Notes under the pieces: model-generated
The model's input: the letters and a program-made list of their open reading frames with translations, nothing else
Database searches by the model: none
Told to the model about the DNA's origin: nothing
Virus record (IMG/VR): IMGVR_UViG_3300020419_000004
Length of the DNA: 64,000 bases
DNA from: a virus
Direction: 5' to 3' (one strand)
Translations under genes and position numbers: made by a program
In this document: positions 55,101 through 64,000 of the stretch, piece by piece
How positions within the stretch are numbered: position 1 is the stretch's first letter
Layout: each line of letters begins with the position of its first letter

Positions 55101-56417
55101 GGTGGTAAGAGTGTACTCGTCAAGACAACTGGATCACTTATTATTCCATCTGGTACTACAAACCAACGTCCACTCTCTAATGACAGATTAACTGGTGCGA
55201 TAAGATTTAATAATACTCAGTTACAGTTCGAGGGATATAATGGAACTGACTTTGTATCTCTTGGTGGTGTTCGTGACGTTGACCAAGATACTTACATATT
55301 AACTGAAGCATCTCCTGGTTCTGATGAAGATACATTTGAGTTCTATGCTGCAGGTATTAATAATCTTTCATTAACCAACACTACCCTAACGTTCAAACCG
55401 AACATGACGGGTACAAAGTATGATACATCTCACCTTACTACAATTGATGGTGGGTACTCACTTAAAGGAACAGTCTTCGATACTAACCCATTCAATGTTC
55501 TTGTAGGTGCACAAAATATTGTATCTGTAAGAGCGAAGAAAGACCTTGAAGTTTCTGGTGGTCTAAGACTACGTAGTGTACCTGCTCAGGGTGTCGTTGC
55601 TACATTAGATGCAGCAACCCTAACACAGGTTGCAACATCATATACTGCATCCACAACCTTTAATGCAGTTCCCACAACAGCATCTGTTGAAGGTATTGGA
55701 GCAACATTAACGGTTACTACTGACGGTAACGGAACTGTGACTACAGTTACTATTGCCTCTGGTGGTACTTTCTATGAAGCAGCATCATCTCCTTCAGCTG
55801 GAGACGGTGAAACATTAACAATAGCAGGTACTGCTCTTGGTGGATTAACTCCATCTCAAGATGTAACAATCAAGGTAGATACTATTTCTAGTCCTTCTAC
55901 CCCATATGCTCGTAATGATATCCTCCTTCAGGACTACATTACCAGATTAGATAATAAAGCATTTATTTCATTAGATTCTAACGCATCAGAATGTAAGTGG
56001 AAAATTAATAGAGGATGGAACGGTGGTTCAGAAAGCTACCTAACAGTATTTGATTCCACTGCTGATTTCGTAGAACTAGATGACTGTAGAGTAGAGGGTG
56101 GTCAAATGACTACGTTTACTTCTAACTCATCTATCACACAGTTTGATAAGACAGCATACAAAGGAGCGAAAACTCTCATTACTATTGAAAGTGATGATGG
56201 AAAGGTTCACATGCTTGAAGTAACTGCTATCTGTAGTGCATCTGGAACTACAGCACATGCTACGGTTACTAACTCAATAACTTCTGATAACGATCTTGTA
56301 GATGCAACTGTTGCTGTTGCTGCTAACAACATCAATATTAGTTTGAATAAATCATCCGCAGCCACATCCTCAACCTCATTTACTGGTAGATTTACGACTA
56401 CCAAAGTTAAGGTATAA
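49071..56417 (+). CDS. Large tail fibre / structural protein (2448 aa)
   Basis: IKLKRS...DGEVAVN N-terminus, beta-helix-like region, LamG-like domain, repeated (N/T)xGSGY modules. Confidence 0.85.
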   Translation: MATRIKLKRSTTATTVPTTSNLEDGEVAVNIADQKLYARNGAAIVEIANQKPNVGEVTTAMLATDITNGAGNTWFVNKSGSDVTTLSNSGANGKHSDSSFLTIAKALTVAQSGDTILVGVGEFQEVFPLAIPDGVTLRGTNLRSTQITPTSGTKTNNAMTLSGDCHVSDITIKGFEYASGADTGYAFVLVSTVNSEKSPYIERVTVATKGSVTSASDPYGFNQGDAGRGAKLDGALINSASQHAAVLFNECTFITPNQVGLLLTNGIRCEWLNCFNYFASIGIQGIQGATGKYGAGQTRLKLGGTSGTFSAAEVIYQLEDGFQSGTYTRSGTTVTLTRTGHGLVTNDYIYADFISGGATDNFYQVTKVDNNVVTFSDSASGTIAAGNVTYKKAVGRGVIASNDGTYLYVNGKGSGIFTTALKPVKVLSRFGDTQIDTAQKKFGSGSLLLDGTQDNLKVPDDTDFGFGTANFCLEAFIRPASVTGIQHIFDLRNASATDTAGKLYLNGTALHYGVGNASTRTGGTLSTGTWYHVAVARNAGTTKLFLDGVELATGADTNDYGTTKPVVIGSDYQASPAEAFNGHIDEVRISKGAARFTGAFTPTTGAYVSDNNTVLLLHANGDDASTTFTDESGGTSDIRSNGGDSATQVTTADYSAFGAELRSVASACVYGSKGVQADGSGVKLLLTAHNFAYVGANADYTNDPSLAIQANEVEELNSGKVLYSSTDQDGDFRVGDAFTVDQATGNVQFQATSTAQSAANITLSDGTGTTNIYPAYVETGNLRLAGNSLTSTSGKIILDPAGDEDIQLNGQVIAPENIYFASNRLASFLGTGNSSVAFTVGTYAQAGFSSFGIFSNKNFGVNKKSLNETTGVTITNEGSGYTPGAYSAATLSNPDLVATATATLATDGLIGTITITNAGSLYTTSPTVTASPTPSSGITTFLTSLESGGKVAIIAVPGGSGGSGYTSPTGIFTAPPNREFDANTSIANNAITFTNTFLSNGDKCVYDNNGNSDLTNLTNGSTYYVVNRDAVNHTIQLAATSGGTPIVLSATGAQEMHIIRGFTATTGAVTVAAGVITAVAIADPGSGYTVGASPTLTMSEDGGAGVTAATFTITLGSPISAVTTTGDGVYASIPTLTVTNDSNDTTGSGAVLTVSNLTYAIASLTINNGGYGYSSTPQVSFSGGNATNDAVATAVLDTELGQVSEITLSQGGEGYDSVPTVVISGGSGTGANLALTVLPIGGTITSAGSGYVAGTYANVSFTSTTGSGVNAAATFTVRGLFGTITAGSGGTAGEYMQIDVVNNNPAATYTVTTVNKLQLPSTVSGITGSVTVGATATGATSGATGVVSYVGAAAAGTDSMVFLNFPVTSGTFQDNEVVNFSSGGSLTTSGDPAARGRYFIDGTEAASLTMVQGNTYRFDMSDTSNNGHPLVMDGTSQAATTEFQTVTYGTAGQAGSFVDIVVKPSATIGNTAYYECSTHGRVMSANALINVTAGAAGEYGHGAQMDITVASGGVTVATFATGMQGSDYKVGDVLRVTATSLIGDTSGFLYTITGNDTGIFSITEIQASGSGYAVGDQLSVDDADVGNAGGSGFVFNVTKAGYVSSALVSAGGGGAGFFSGQTLVFDSLQFAGMGDGGSGFAMTANTIDTTGITTISGDGSLTSAKYAFSTAGDLTIGIGGSTTTSISADTVTTTNGNFTGNMVIGTNATVGGTFGVNGISTFTDNITANGLDNHILNGKIGIQNGTNTVPSVYLAADTTTGFYRSSANEISITHNGTQKHVFSPLSIQTAGDIIADSTIGNAAPFFKVDSTNETLTVGTANSGLQLNNAAVLTAAGQDADIPVTITPKGEGDMIITGGTNRDFVVNDGVVGQDKLKLDTQTGDAELTGTLKVDEKLKFVTSAIENADIGGTNSFGEIVTVGITGTGSGYTDGSYTACTVTATTGVGSGATFDVTVSGGAITAATVTTAARGYNYYVGEEITLNPATIGGGTGNTITILDTQGQGLTLKPGGGKSVLVKTTGSLIIPSGTTNQRPLSNDRLTGAIRFNNTQLQFEGYNGTDFVSLGGVRDVDQDTYILTEASPGSDEDTFEFYAAGINNLSLTNTTLTFKPNMTGTKYDTSHLTTIDGGYSLKGTVFDTNPFNVLVGAQNIVSVRAKKDLEVSGGLRLRSVPAQGVVATLDAATLTQVATSYTASTTFNAVPTTASVEGIGATLTVTTDGNGTVTTVTIASGGTFYEAASSPSAGDGETLTIAGTALGGLTPSQDVTIKVDTISSPSTPYARNDILLQDYITRLDNKAFISLDSNASECKWKINRGWNGGSESYLTVFDSTADFVELDDCRVEGGQMTTFTSNSSITQFDKTAYKGAKTLITIESDDGKVHMLEVTAICSASGTTAHATVTNSITSDNDLVDATVAVAANNINISLNKSSAATSSTSFTGRFTTTKVKV

Positions 56418-56420
56418 ATA
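56413..56420 (+). promoter_or_regulatory. T4-type late promoter
   Basis: Exact TATAAATA. Confidence 0.8.
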
Positions 56421-56441
56421 AACCATAGGTAATCTAGAGTC

Positions 56442-56975
56442 ATGCCAGTTAAAAATTTCGCATCCATAGGGGGATTTGCAGTAGGTTCTACTGAAGTCTT
56501 TAATACGGAGTACGCATTGAAGAATGTCAGTGCGATACATATGACTAGTAATAATTTTACTGACGCTACTCATGATAAGTACCTAACTAAGAGAGTTACA
56601 GATGCTGCTAACAATACACTACAGTTGACGTTAGATGGCACAACTGCTCTTACAACCAATACCCCTCCACTTGCTGCGGATAGGGTATCCTTTATCAGAG
56701 CAAGGGTTTTTGGACAGGAAACTACCAACAACCAGTATGTTTATGCAACAAGTTTTGATGTAATCGTGACCACTGCTAATGATGGAACGCCAACAGTATC
56801 AGCGACACACGAAAACATTATTAAAAATAATCCTCCTGGGCAAGAGGATTGGGTAGTAACACCTGATGCCTTCCTAATAGGAGGAGCTCCATATTTTACA
56901 TTTGAGGTAAAATCCGTGACAACCAATTCTATTGTTAAATGGATTGGCATTTTAGATATCACAGTCGTATCATAA
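56442..56975 (+). CDS. Structural protein
   Basis: 177 aa downstream of a late promoter; NFASIGGFAVG start. Confidence 0.75.
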   Translation: MPVKNFASIGGFAVGSTEVFNTEYALKNVSAIHMTSNNFTDATHDKYLTKRVTDAANNTLQLTLDGTTALTTNTPPLAADRVSFIRARVFGQETTNNQYVYATSFDVIVTTANDGTPTVSATHENIIKNNPPGQEDWVVTPDAFLIGGAPYFTFEVKSVTTNSIVKWIGILDITVVS

Positions 56976-56988
56976 TAGTTGGGAACTA

Positions 56989-59900
56989 ATGGCTCTTAAG
57001 ATTAATTCTGACCAACAGAGAATATCAGCATCGGGGAATACCCCCACAGGTAATTGGATAAACGCTACTTACAGTAGGACTGTGACTGGTATGGTCAACA
57101 TCCTGTCTGTTGCACATGGGTTTATTGGAAGTGATAAGTTGTATATCGACTTCACTTCTGGTGGAGAAACGGATGGAACTTATACTGTCACGAAGGTAGA
57201 TGACGATAATTTACAATATCAGAGTACAAATTTAGGTGTCATAACTGCTGGTAATACTCTAGCGTACAAAAGAGTAAGATCTTTAAGTATTCAGGGTGAC
57301 GAGACCATTGAAATGTCAGTGGGTACTGGTGCAAATGAGAAGGATGCACTTACCGTCAACCTAAATGCACAAAATAATATACGTATTGGTGTTAATACTA
57401 CCGATCCTCTATACGAATTAGATGTTGAAGGACAGATAAGAACCACTCGTTCTATCATTTCTGATACTGCACAGGTTGTTAACTTAGATATTCAGACGAT
57501 TATCAACCCTGCACTGGATCTTCGTGGTCCTAATTTAATAAATTACGAAGATACAGACGTAACAAGTCCTACTTTTGGTACGACTTTTTACCCAACTGCC
57601 GATACTCCACCTCTAACTGACCAGTCCAGAAGACTTGCAACCACTGACTTTGTATATAAAGTTGCTACTAATGACACTGGTGGTCGTGTTTATGTGTCTG
57701 CAACCATCGGTAATGACGAAAATGATGGTCGTTCAGCTGCAAGACCAGTAAAAACAGTTAAAAAAGCAGCACAGATTGCCTATACATTACAAAAAGCAAC
57801 CCCAGATCCTAGTGATGAATACGTTTCATTGATCGTATCTGGTGGTGAATACCTTGAAGACAACCCAATTTCACTTCCTAGGAACTGTTCACTAATCGGT
57901 GACAACCTACGTCGTGTTGTTATGCGACCAGCTAACCAAGATCGTCACATGGTTAAAGCGTCTAACGAGACGTATGTGTTCGGTGTTGTATTCAGAGACG
58001 CACTACAAAACCCATCAGACCCACAAAGTACTGTAATCCATACTTGGAAGTATGCATTTGTGTTTGATGACAAGCAGAGATTATACTACGAACCAGAACT
58101 TCAGCAGATACCTGCTATTCCTGGTGATAAGTTCCGTGGTGATAACCTTTTCAATATTACTTTTAATAACCATACAGGTAACAATACTACTCTCGTAGTT
58201 GGTTATTTTGTACAAGGTGGATCATCAGGAACACTAGGTACAATTCAATCTATTACTTTCACAGGTCCTGATGCATCTCCATACTCAACTGGTAGTATAA
58301 CGATATTAATTACATCAGGTGTTAACGATGTATTCCAAGACGCTGAAAAAGTATTCTATGATGCTGTGGCAGCAAATATCATTACTGATATTAATAATGC
58401 TAGTGTATCAAACCGCTTTGACGTAGCAGATGCTGAATCATTAAGACCTGAACTAGAAACTATATCTAACCAGATCTATCAGCACACAGTTAATTCCGAA
58501 AGATTTTTTGAAGCATTCTCTGGTGACGCAACCAAGGTCAACCTAACAACAGATCGTATCACAGTTCCTAATCATTATTTTGAGACTGGTTCTGCTGTTT
58601 ACTACCAAAAGGATGAAGCAACTGTCCTTGCTGGTTTAGCTGACACTACTGTATACTATGTCAGAGTTATTGATTCAAACACGATTGAACTTTATGATAA
58701 CTATACAAATTCTGTAGCGACTACTACAACTACAGGTAGAAAAGACATTACCTCAGTATCTACAGATACAAAACTTCACTTGTTTACTTGTGGTAATGTA
58801 ATGCCAGAAAGTAACAATATCAGAATTCCAACACACCAATATGCAACTGGTGATGGTGTAGTGTACCGTTCAGGTGCAATGGGTGGTATTGATGGTCTTG
58901 TAAGTGGAACTTCATATTATGTCTACAGAGAAAATAAAGATTGGATCAGACTTGCATCATCTGCTGCTAACGCAGTACAAAAAGATGCACAGGGTAACGA
59001 TGATCCTGTAACTCTTCCTATCAATAGCACTGGTACTGGTTATCAGAGATTTGAACTTGCAGCAAATCTTCTATCAGTTGGTACTATAGACACTACTATT
59101 GCAACACAGCAAACCTACAGAGGTCCTATCTTAACTCTTGCTGGTACTGAATACCATGACTATGAGGTAGGACAGGAAGTTCATCTATATGGTTTCCAAA
59201 GTTCTGCTATTAACTTTGGTTCTTCCACTAACACTTCTTGGTCTTTATCAAGTGGTGTAGTTACTGTTACCATCTCAAGCGTAGATAACACTCTCACAAG
59301 TGGGCATTTTAGTAACTGGATGACACTAACAGAATGTGGTCTCACATTTAACTTTAGTGGAACTGGATCTGAAGCATTAAGCAAGACATATCATATTGAT
59401 CAATTTGATCTTGGATCTGGTACTCCATCTCTACCTGGCAACACTGCATTGGGTATGGGTTATGCTAGGTACAATAGTTCTAGTACAACTATCACTTTCG
59501 TATTAAAGACAGCAAATATACAATCAACATCTAATACTGCCACTGCAACTGGATCTACAGTCAGTGTCTTGGATAACGTTGCTGACCTTAATGGACGTAA
59601 GTACATCACACACCGTATTGAACGTGCTGATGGATACTCCCTACAGTTTGTTATAAGAGCTGCTATCAGTGTATTTTCTGCTTCGCTTAACCCAACTGGT
59701 AACCAGACAGTTATCTCATCTAGTAACTATGTTCTAGCATCCTTAAGAAACTCTCCTTATGGATTTACCAAGATCTCTCAGACTGACAGATATAGAGATG
59801 GTGCTGAATCTATTAAGAGAAACCAAGAATTTATTGCAGAAGAAGCATACGGTTATGTTAAGTCACATTATGAACAGTCTGGTACTAGAAGCAGTACGCT

Positions 59901-62900
59901 TGTAATAGGACCTACAACATTCAATGCTTTAGGAGATACCTTTACACATCCTATCAGTGAGTGGACACTAACCTACAATTACCTTAAGGTTAAGGTCAAT
60001 ACTGGTCACAACTTAAGCAAAGGATTTAGAAATCATAACCACATATACAATGGTGGTACAGCATCTAATGCTATTACAATTACACAAGGTAGTGTTCAGA
60101 AAGATGTAACTGATGCAACATACAATCCTGTAACAGGAGATCTAGTATTAACAATTGGTGCTCACGCCTATACAACTGCTAATACACTGGTTATTGCTAA
60201 TGGTGCTATTAGTTTCACATGCTCTAGAGACAACCACGCAACATCTCATACCTATCCAAGAGCAACAGATCCTGCATACGGTGCTACTCTACCAATCACA
60301 GCAGTAGATGCTGCAGGTACAGTTACAGTCAACGTTGGTGTTTCTGCGGGTGTCACAATTTCAGGTAGTTCTACTGCTGGTATCAATGGTACTTGGGCAA
60401 TCTCTGACGTATATGATCATAGAGAATTTACACTAGACATTGGTGAAAACACTATCTCTACTGGAACTACTGGTACTGATGGTTCATTCAATGATATAAG
60501 AAAACCATATAGAACTCCAAATACATTCCCTGTCAGCAACAAGCAAGGTGATGGTGCAGACTTAATTGCTAATAACGCTGAATTAATTGCTGAAGTAGCA
60601 GTTAAGAAGATGCTTGCTGCCAACGCAGGATATACTCCTACAGGCGGTACTTCAGCATGTACTGATGACCTTAAGGACTTCTTACAGAAATCACTTTACC
60701 ATAACCTCAAATGGGGTGGTAATGACAGAGTATATGATGCTGCAAACTACTACATTCATTATGTAAGCACAGGTAATAAGGATAGATACGCCGAAGCATT
60801 TAACTATGCTAAAGAATATTGCATGAAGGTTATCCGTAACCTACCAATACTAAGGCATCCTCATACTCTTGCACCTCAGTACTACGATACTAGCATCACC
60901 CTAGACAGAGCTGTCTATGGTACAGTTCCTAACCTAACTCAAGATGCAGCAAACTTATTGAATGCTAACAACAAGTTTATCTCTGAGGAATCTGTAGAGC
61001 GTTTCATTTCAAAACTAACAGACGTTGCTGTTGATGCAGTCAATGGAAATGAGATCACTATCAATGCTCTAAACGGAACAACTCCAACAAACACAAATCC
61101 TCATACATTCCAAGGTGTAGCTACATATCAGTTCACACCAACTGGAGGATCATACGATCCGTTAACTGGATATATGACTTTAACTATGAATGGTCACCCA
61201 TTTGTAGATGGAGATAAAGTTCAGTTTGCTGCAAATTCTATTAAGTTCACATGTGACTTAGATGGCGATGCATCTATCAAGTCATATCCTCGTACTACAG
61301 ACCCATGGTATAACAAGTGGATCGGTGTACAGAAGGTAGACGCAAATAATATTAAAGTTAACGTAGGTCCCGCTAAGACTGACGTTACCAATCACACATG
61401 GTCAAGTGCTACAACTAATGCGGTATCAAGAGCAGTTGTTTACAATGACACTGGATTTACACAGCATACTGTAACTGGTGCTAACTACGAACCAATCACA
61501 GGTATACTAACTCTTACAATTCCTAATCATGGATTTACTATAGGAGAGAAGGTACAGGTTGCACAGGATTCATTGACATTCACTTGTTCAATGGATGACA
61601 ACTTCTCCAAGCACACATATCCAAGAGCAACAGATCCAGCACTTAATGTTTGGAAGAGTGTTACTAACGTTACACAAAATACTTTCGATATTAACGTAGG
61701 AACTACACCTCCTGTCACTTTCACTCCTACAAACGCTACATATACGCCTACAACAGGTCTTATGGAGTTGACTATAGGTAATCACACTCTTGAAGCTCCT
61801 ACTAGTCATACAGTCACAGACGCATCATTAGACACTAGCACTGGTATCTTTACTGTAACTATTAATAATCATGGTTTCCAAGAAGGAGACAAGATTAATG
61901 TTGCACAAGGCAGTATTCAAATGTCTTGTGGATATAGTGGTGGTGGTAATGAATCTTATCCTAAGGCAGGTCAATATGCTGATGGTAAGTGGTTAAACAT
62001 CTGGGGAGTTACTCAGAACACATTTAGTTTCGACTGTACTGGTGGTGTAGCGGTATCCGTTAGTGATGCTCATACATTTGTATCTGCGACAACTCTTGGT
62101 TTGAAGCATGTTAAGGAGCATATCAAACTTACAACAGGTGCGGTTACATTCAAGTGTGCTGCTGATGGTAATTCAACTGATCATGCATATCCAAGATCAA
62201 TCGTAGATTCACATACTGCAACAACTGGTACAACATATGATCCTAATACAGGTATCATGAAGATTACCACAACTGCTGCTCATGGTATGAGAAATGGAGA
62301 TTGGGTAAAACTTTCTGAAGGTTCTATTTCATTCAGTTGTGGATATAATGGTGCAACTGGTTCAGCTGCTATCAAGGCATATCCAAGATCATCTGATCCT
62401 ATCTACAACCAGTGGCAGAAAGTTTTCAACGTAACCTCATCAACATTTGATCTTCAGGTTCTTGACAGTATTCCTTCTACTAATACTGATACACATACAT
62501 TCGTATCTGCAACATCTAATGGTATTCAACAGAAGAGAGATAAGACATACAATACTTCAGTTCCTATCGTAGCAATATCTGGTACTTCAATTACTATTGA
62601 CGTTGGTATTTCATCCAACACTACTGCACACGTTTATCAGTCTGCACTTAACAACTCAGTTATTACTGGTGGTAACTACAGTCACACATTCATTAGTGCA
62701 ACAACTAATGGTATTAAGAGAGCAACTGCATCCACAATTAATAACTACGTACCTTCTTCAGGAACATATAATCCTACAACTGGTGCTCTTGTATTAAATA
62801 TCGGTGCCAACGATCTTTCAGCACCTCAAACTTATACTTCCACTAATGGTGTGTACAACCCAACAACGGGTATAATGACAGTCACTGTTGCCAATCACGG

Positions 62901-64000
62901 GTTCCAACCAGGTGATAAGGTTAAGTTTGCTGTAGGTGCAATAAGCTTTAGTTGTACTTATGGTAGTGGTGGCACAACTGCATATCCTAGATCATCAGAT
63001 CCAATTGCTGAAAAGTGGGTTAATTGTTTTAACATCACTACAAATACATTTGATGTACAAACATTAGATACTACTCCATCAACAAACACAAATCCTCATA
63101 CCTACGTCAGTTCTGCTGCTAATGGTATCAGTCATGCTAAGTCTACAATTAAGATTGCAGTAGAAGCATTAGAGTTGAGTTGTACTTATGGAGATCAGAG
63201 TACTAAGAAATATCCTCGTGCAACTGACCCAATAGCAAATCCAAGATTTACTATACCTAACCACAATCAAGATTGTAAGGATGACGTATCTGATGTTCTA
63301 AGAGCAGTAGCATACAACCTTACTAACGGTGGTAACGATGCTGTCTATGACCATGCAGGTTACTTTGTCGGCACTCCACACGTAGATGGTGAAGAATTCC
63401 AAGCACGTGCTGTTATGGAACTTGCTAGTGATATCTCACAAGAAGTTCTTGCTAATGAAACAGTTAACATTAAAGGTTGGCATGGTGTAGATCAGACTAA
63501 GGATCTCACAATTACAGTAGAACCTGGTGGTTGTGCTTCTGTCAAATCTACATGCGACACTCTATTCTCTATAGTTGAACAAGCAATCGTTACTGATAGT
63601 CTTGCTCATGCTACAGATACAGCAGCGTCTACTCCAACATGTGCTGATGTAGCATCTTCTGTCACAACATTCTTCGATATTATTACAACTGTAATCGGTA
63701 CTGAAGCTGGTGGATATGGATCTCTTCCAACCACAAGAACAGTTTCAGTTGGCGATCAGCAGTGTATTGATGACATTCTTCATGTCGTTAGAGCATTCCA
63801 GTATGACCTCAGATACACTGGTAACTCTAAGATAGTTGAAGCTGCTAACAAATATATCTCAAGTGGTGCAATCGTACACATCACTGAGGAGATAGATTAT
63901 ACTCGTGCGATCTATGCATACGCAAAAGAGTTATGTATCAAAGCAATAAGAAATGATCTAGAGGCTGGTTTCTTCTCATTGATTGCTCCAATATCTAATG
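56989..64000 (+). CDS. Giant structural/fibre protein, 3' truncated by window (not in ORF track)
   Basis: ATG at 56989 (MALKINSDQQRI); the last codons of the window are still in this frame and open (>2300 aa). Carries the same repeat modules as gp7. Confidence 0.85.
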   Translation, partial: MALKINSDQQRISASGNTPTGNWINATYSRTVTGMVNILSVAHGFIGSDKLYIDFTSGGETDGTYTVTKVDDDNLQYQSTNLGVITAGNTLAYKRVRSLSIQGDETIEMSVGTGANEKDALTVNLNAQNNIRIGVNTTDPLYELDVEGQIRTTRSIISDTAQVVNLDIQTIINPALDLRGPNLINYEDTDVTSPTFGTTFYPTADTPPLTDQSRRLATTDFVYKVATNDTGGRVYVSATIGNDENDGRSAARPVKTVKKAAQIAYTLQKATPDPSDEYVSLIVSGGEYLEDNPISLPRNCSLIGDNLRRVVMRPANQDRHMVKASNETYVFGVVFRDALQNPSDPQSTVIHTWKYAFVFDDKQRLYYEPELQQIPAIPGDKFRGDNLFNITFNNHTGNNTTLVVGYFVQGGSSGTLGTIQSITFTGPDASPYSTGSITILITSGVNDVFQDAEKVFYDAVAANIITDINNASVSNRFDVADAESLRPELETISNQIYQHTVNSERFFEAFSGDATKVNLTTDRITVPNHYFETGSAVYYQKDEATVLAGLADTTVYYVRVIDSNTIELYDNYTNSVATTTTTGRKDITSVSTDTKLHLFTCGNVMPESNNIRIPTHQYATGDGVVYRSGAMGGIDGLVSGTSYYVYRENKDWIRLASSAANAVQKDAQGNDDPVTLPINSTGTGYQRFELAANLLSVGTIDTTIATQQTYRGPILTLAGTEYHDYEVGQEVHLYGFQSSAINFGSSTNTSWSLSSGVVTVTISSVDNTLTSGHFSNWMTLTECGLTFNFSGTGSEALSKTYHIDQFDLGSGTPSLPGNTALGMGYARYNSSSTTITFVLKTANIQSTSNTATATGSTVSVLDNVADLNGRKYITHRIERADGYSLQFVIRAAISVFSASLNPTGNQTVISSSNYVLASLRNSPYGFTKISQTDRYRDGAESIKRNQEFIAEEAYGYVKSHYEQSGTRSSTLVIGPTTFNALGDTFTHPISEWTLTYNYLKVKVNTGHNLSKGFRNHNHIYNGGTASNAITITQGSVQKDVTDATYNPVTGDLVLTIGAHAYTTANTLVIANGAISFTCSRDNHATSHTYPRATDPAYGATLPITAVDAAGTVTVNVGVSAGVTISGSSTAGINGTWAISDVYDHREFTLDIGENTISTGTTGTDGSFNDIRKPYRTPNTFPVSNKQGDGADLIANNAELIAEVAVKKMLAANAGYTPTGGTSACTDDLKDFLQKSLYHNLKWGGNDRVYDAANYYIHYVSTGNKDRYAEAFNYAKEYCMKVIRNLPILRHPHTLAPQYYDTSITLDRAVYGTVPNLTQDAANLLNANNKFISEESVERFISKLTDVAVDAVNGNEITINALNGTTPTNTNPHTFQGVATYQFTPTGGSYDPLTGYMTLTMNGHPFVDGDKVQFAANSIKFTCDLDGDASIKSYPRTTDPWYNKWIGVQKVDANNIKVNVGPAKTDVTNHTWSSATTNAVSRAVVYNDTGFTQHTVTGANYEPITGILTLTIPNHGFTIGEKVQVAQDSLTFTCSMDDNFSKHTYPRATDPALNVWKSVTNVTQNTFDINVGTTPPVTFTPTNATYTPTTGLMELTIGNHTLEAPTSHTVTDASLDTSTGIFTVTINNHGFQEGDKINVAQGSIQMSCGYSGGGNESYPKAGQYADGKWLNIWGVTQNTFSFDCTGGVAVSVSDAHTFVSATTLGLKHVKEHIKLTTGAVTFKCAADGNSTDHAYPRSIVDSHTATTGTTYDPNTGIMKITTTAAHGMRNGDWVKLSEGSISFSCGYNGATGSAAIKAYPRSSDPIYNQWQKVFNVTSSTFDLQVLDSIPSTNTDTHTFVSATSNGIQQKRDKTYNTSVPIVAISGTSITIDVGISSNTTAHVYQSALNNSVITGGNYSHTFISATTNGIKRATASTINNYVPSSGTYNPTTGALVLNIGANDLSAPQTYTSTNGVYNPTTGIMTVTVANHGFQPGDKVKFAVGAISFSCTYGSGGTTAYPRSSDPIAEKWVNCFNITTNTFDVQTLDTTPSTNTNPHTYVSSAANGISHAKSTIKIAVEALELSCTYGDQSTKKYPRATDPIANPRFTIPNHNQDCKDDVSDVLRAVAYNLTNGGNDAVYDHAGYFVGTPHVDGEEFQARAVMELASDISQEVLANETVNIKGWHGVDQTKDLTITVEPGGCASVKSTCDTLFSIVEQAIVTDSLAHATDTAASTPTCADVASSVTTFFDIITTVIGTEAGGYGSLPTTRTVSVGDQQCIDDILHVVRAFQYDLRYTGNSKIVEAANKYISSGAIVHITEEIDYTRAIYAYAKELCIKAIRNDLEAGFFSLIAPISN

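Noticed and set aside
23860-64000. Numerous short minus-strand and off-frame ORFs inside the structural genes
   Set aside because: All nested in long coding frames, with the V/P/L/T-rich composition expected of shadow frames.

Overview
64 kb of a T4-like cyanomyovirus genome (large, low-GC type; P-SSM2/S-SSM7-like gene order is my inference, not a database hit). (i) 1-5.5 kb: end of a tail-fibre gene (open at the window start), a Gly-rich partner and downstream hypotheticals. (ii) 5.5-14.1 kb: + strand accessory run of small ORFs including a pyrimidine-dimer-glycosylase-family gene, an SPPY-type DNA methyltransferase, a Dam-family methyltransferase overlapping a putative PD-(D/E)xK endonuclease, and two 2OG-Fe(II) oxygenases. 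(iii) 14.1-19.4 kb: an early-gene-like island of tiny acidic ORFs on both strands, with many sigma70-type promoters carrying two recurrent upstream motifs. It also holds a candidate SAM lyase, a three-unit structured non-coding RNA array (17898-18116), and an AT-rich iteron-like tract beside a G/C-run element (origin candidate). (iv) 19.5-21.6 kb: a phosphopantetheinyl transferase and small genes up to PAAR gp5.4. (v) 21.6-64 kb: late structural module (gp25, gp6, 4777-aa gp7, gp8, VrlC-like, fibre proteins, and a giant ORF from 56989 that runs off the window). No tRNA, rRNA, CRISPR array, intron or intein was recognised. Family assignments rest on motif recognition by eye.
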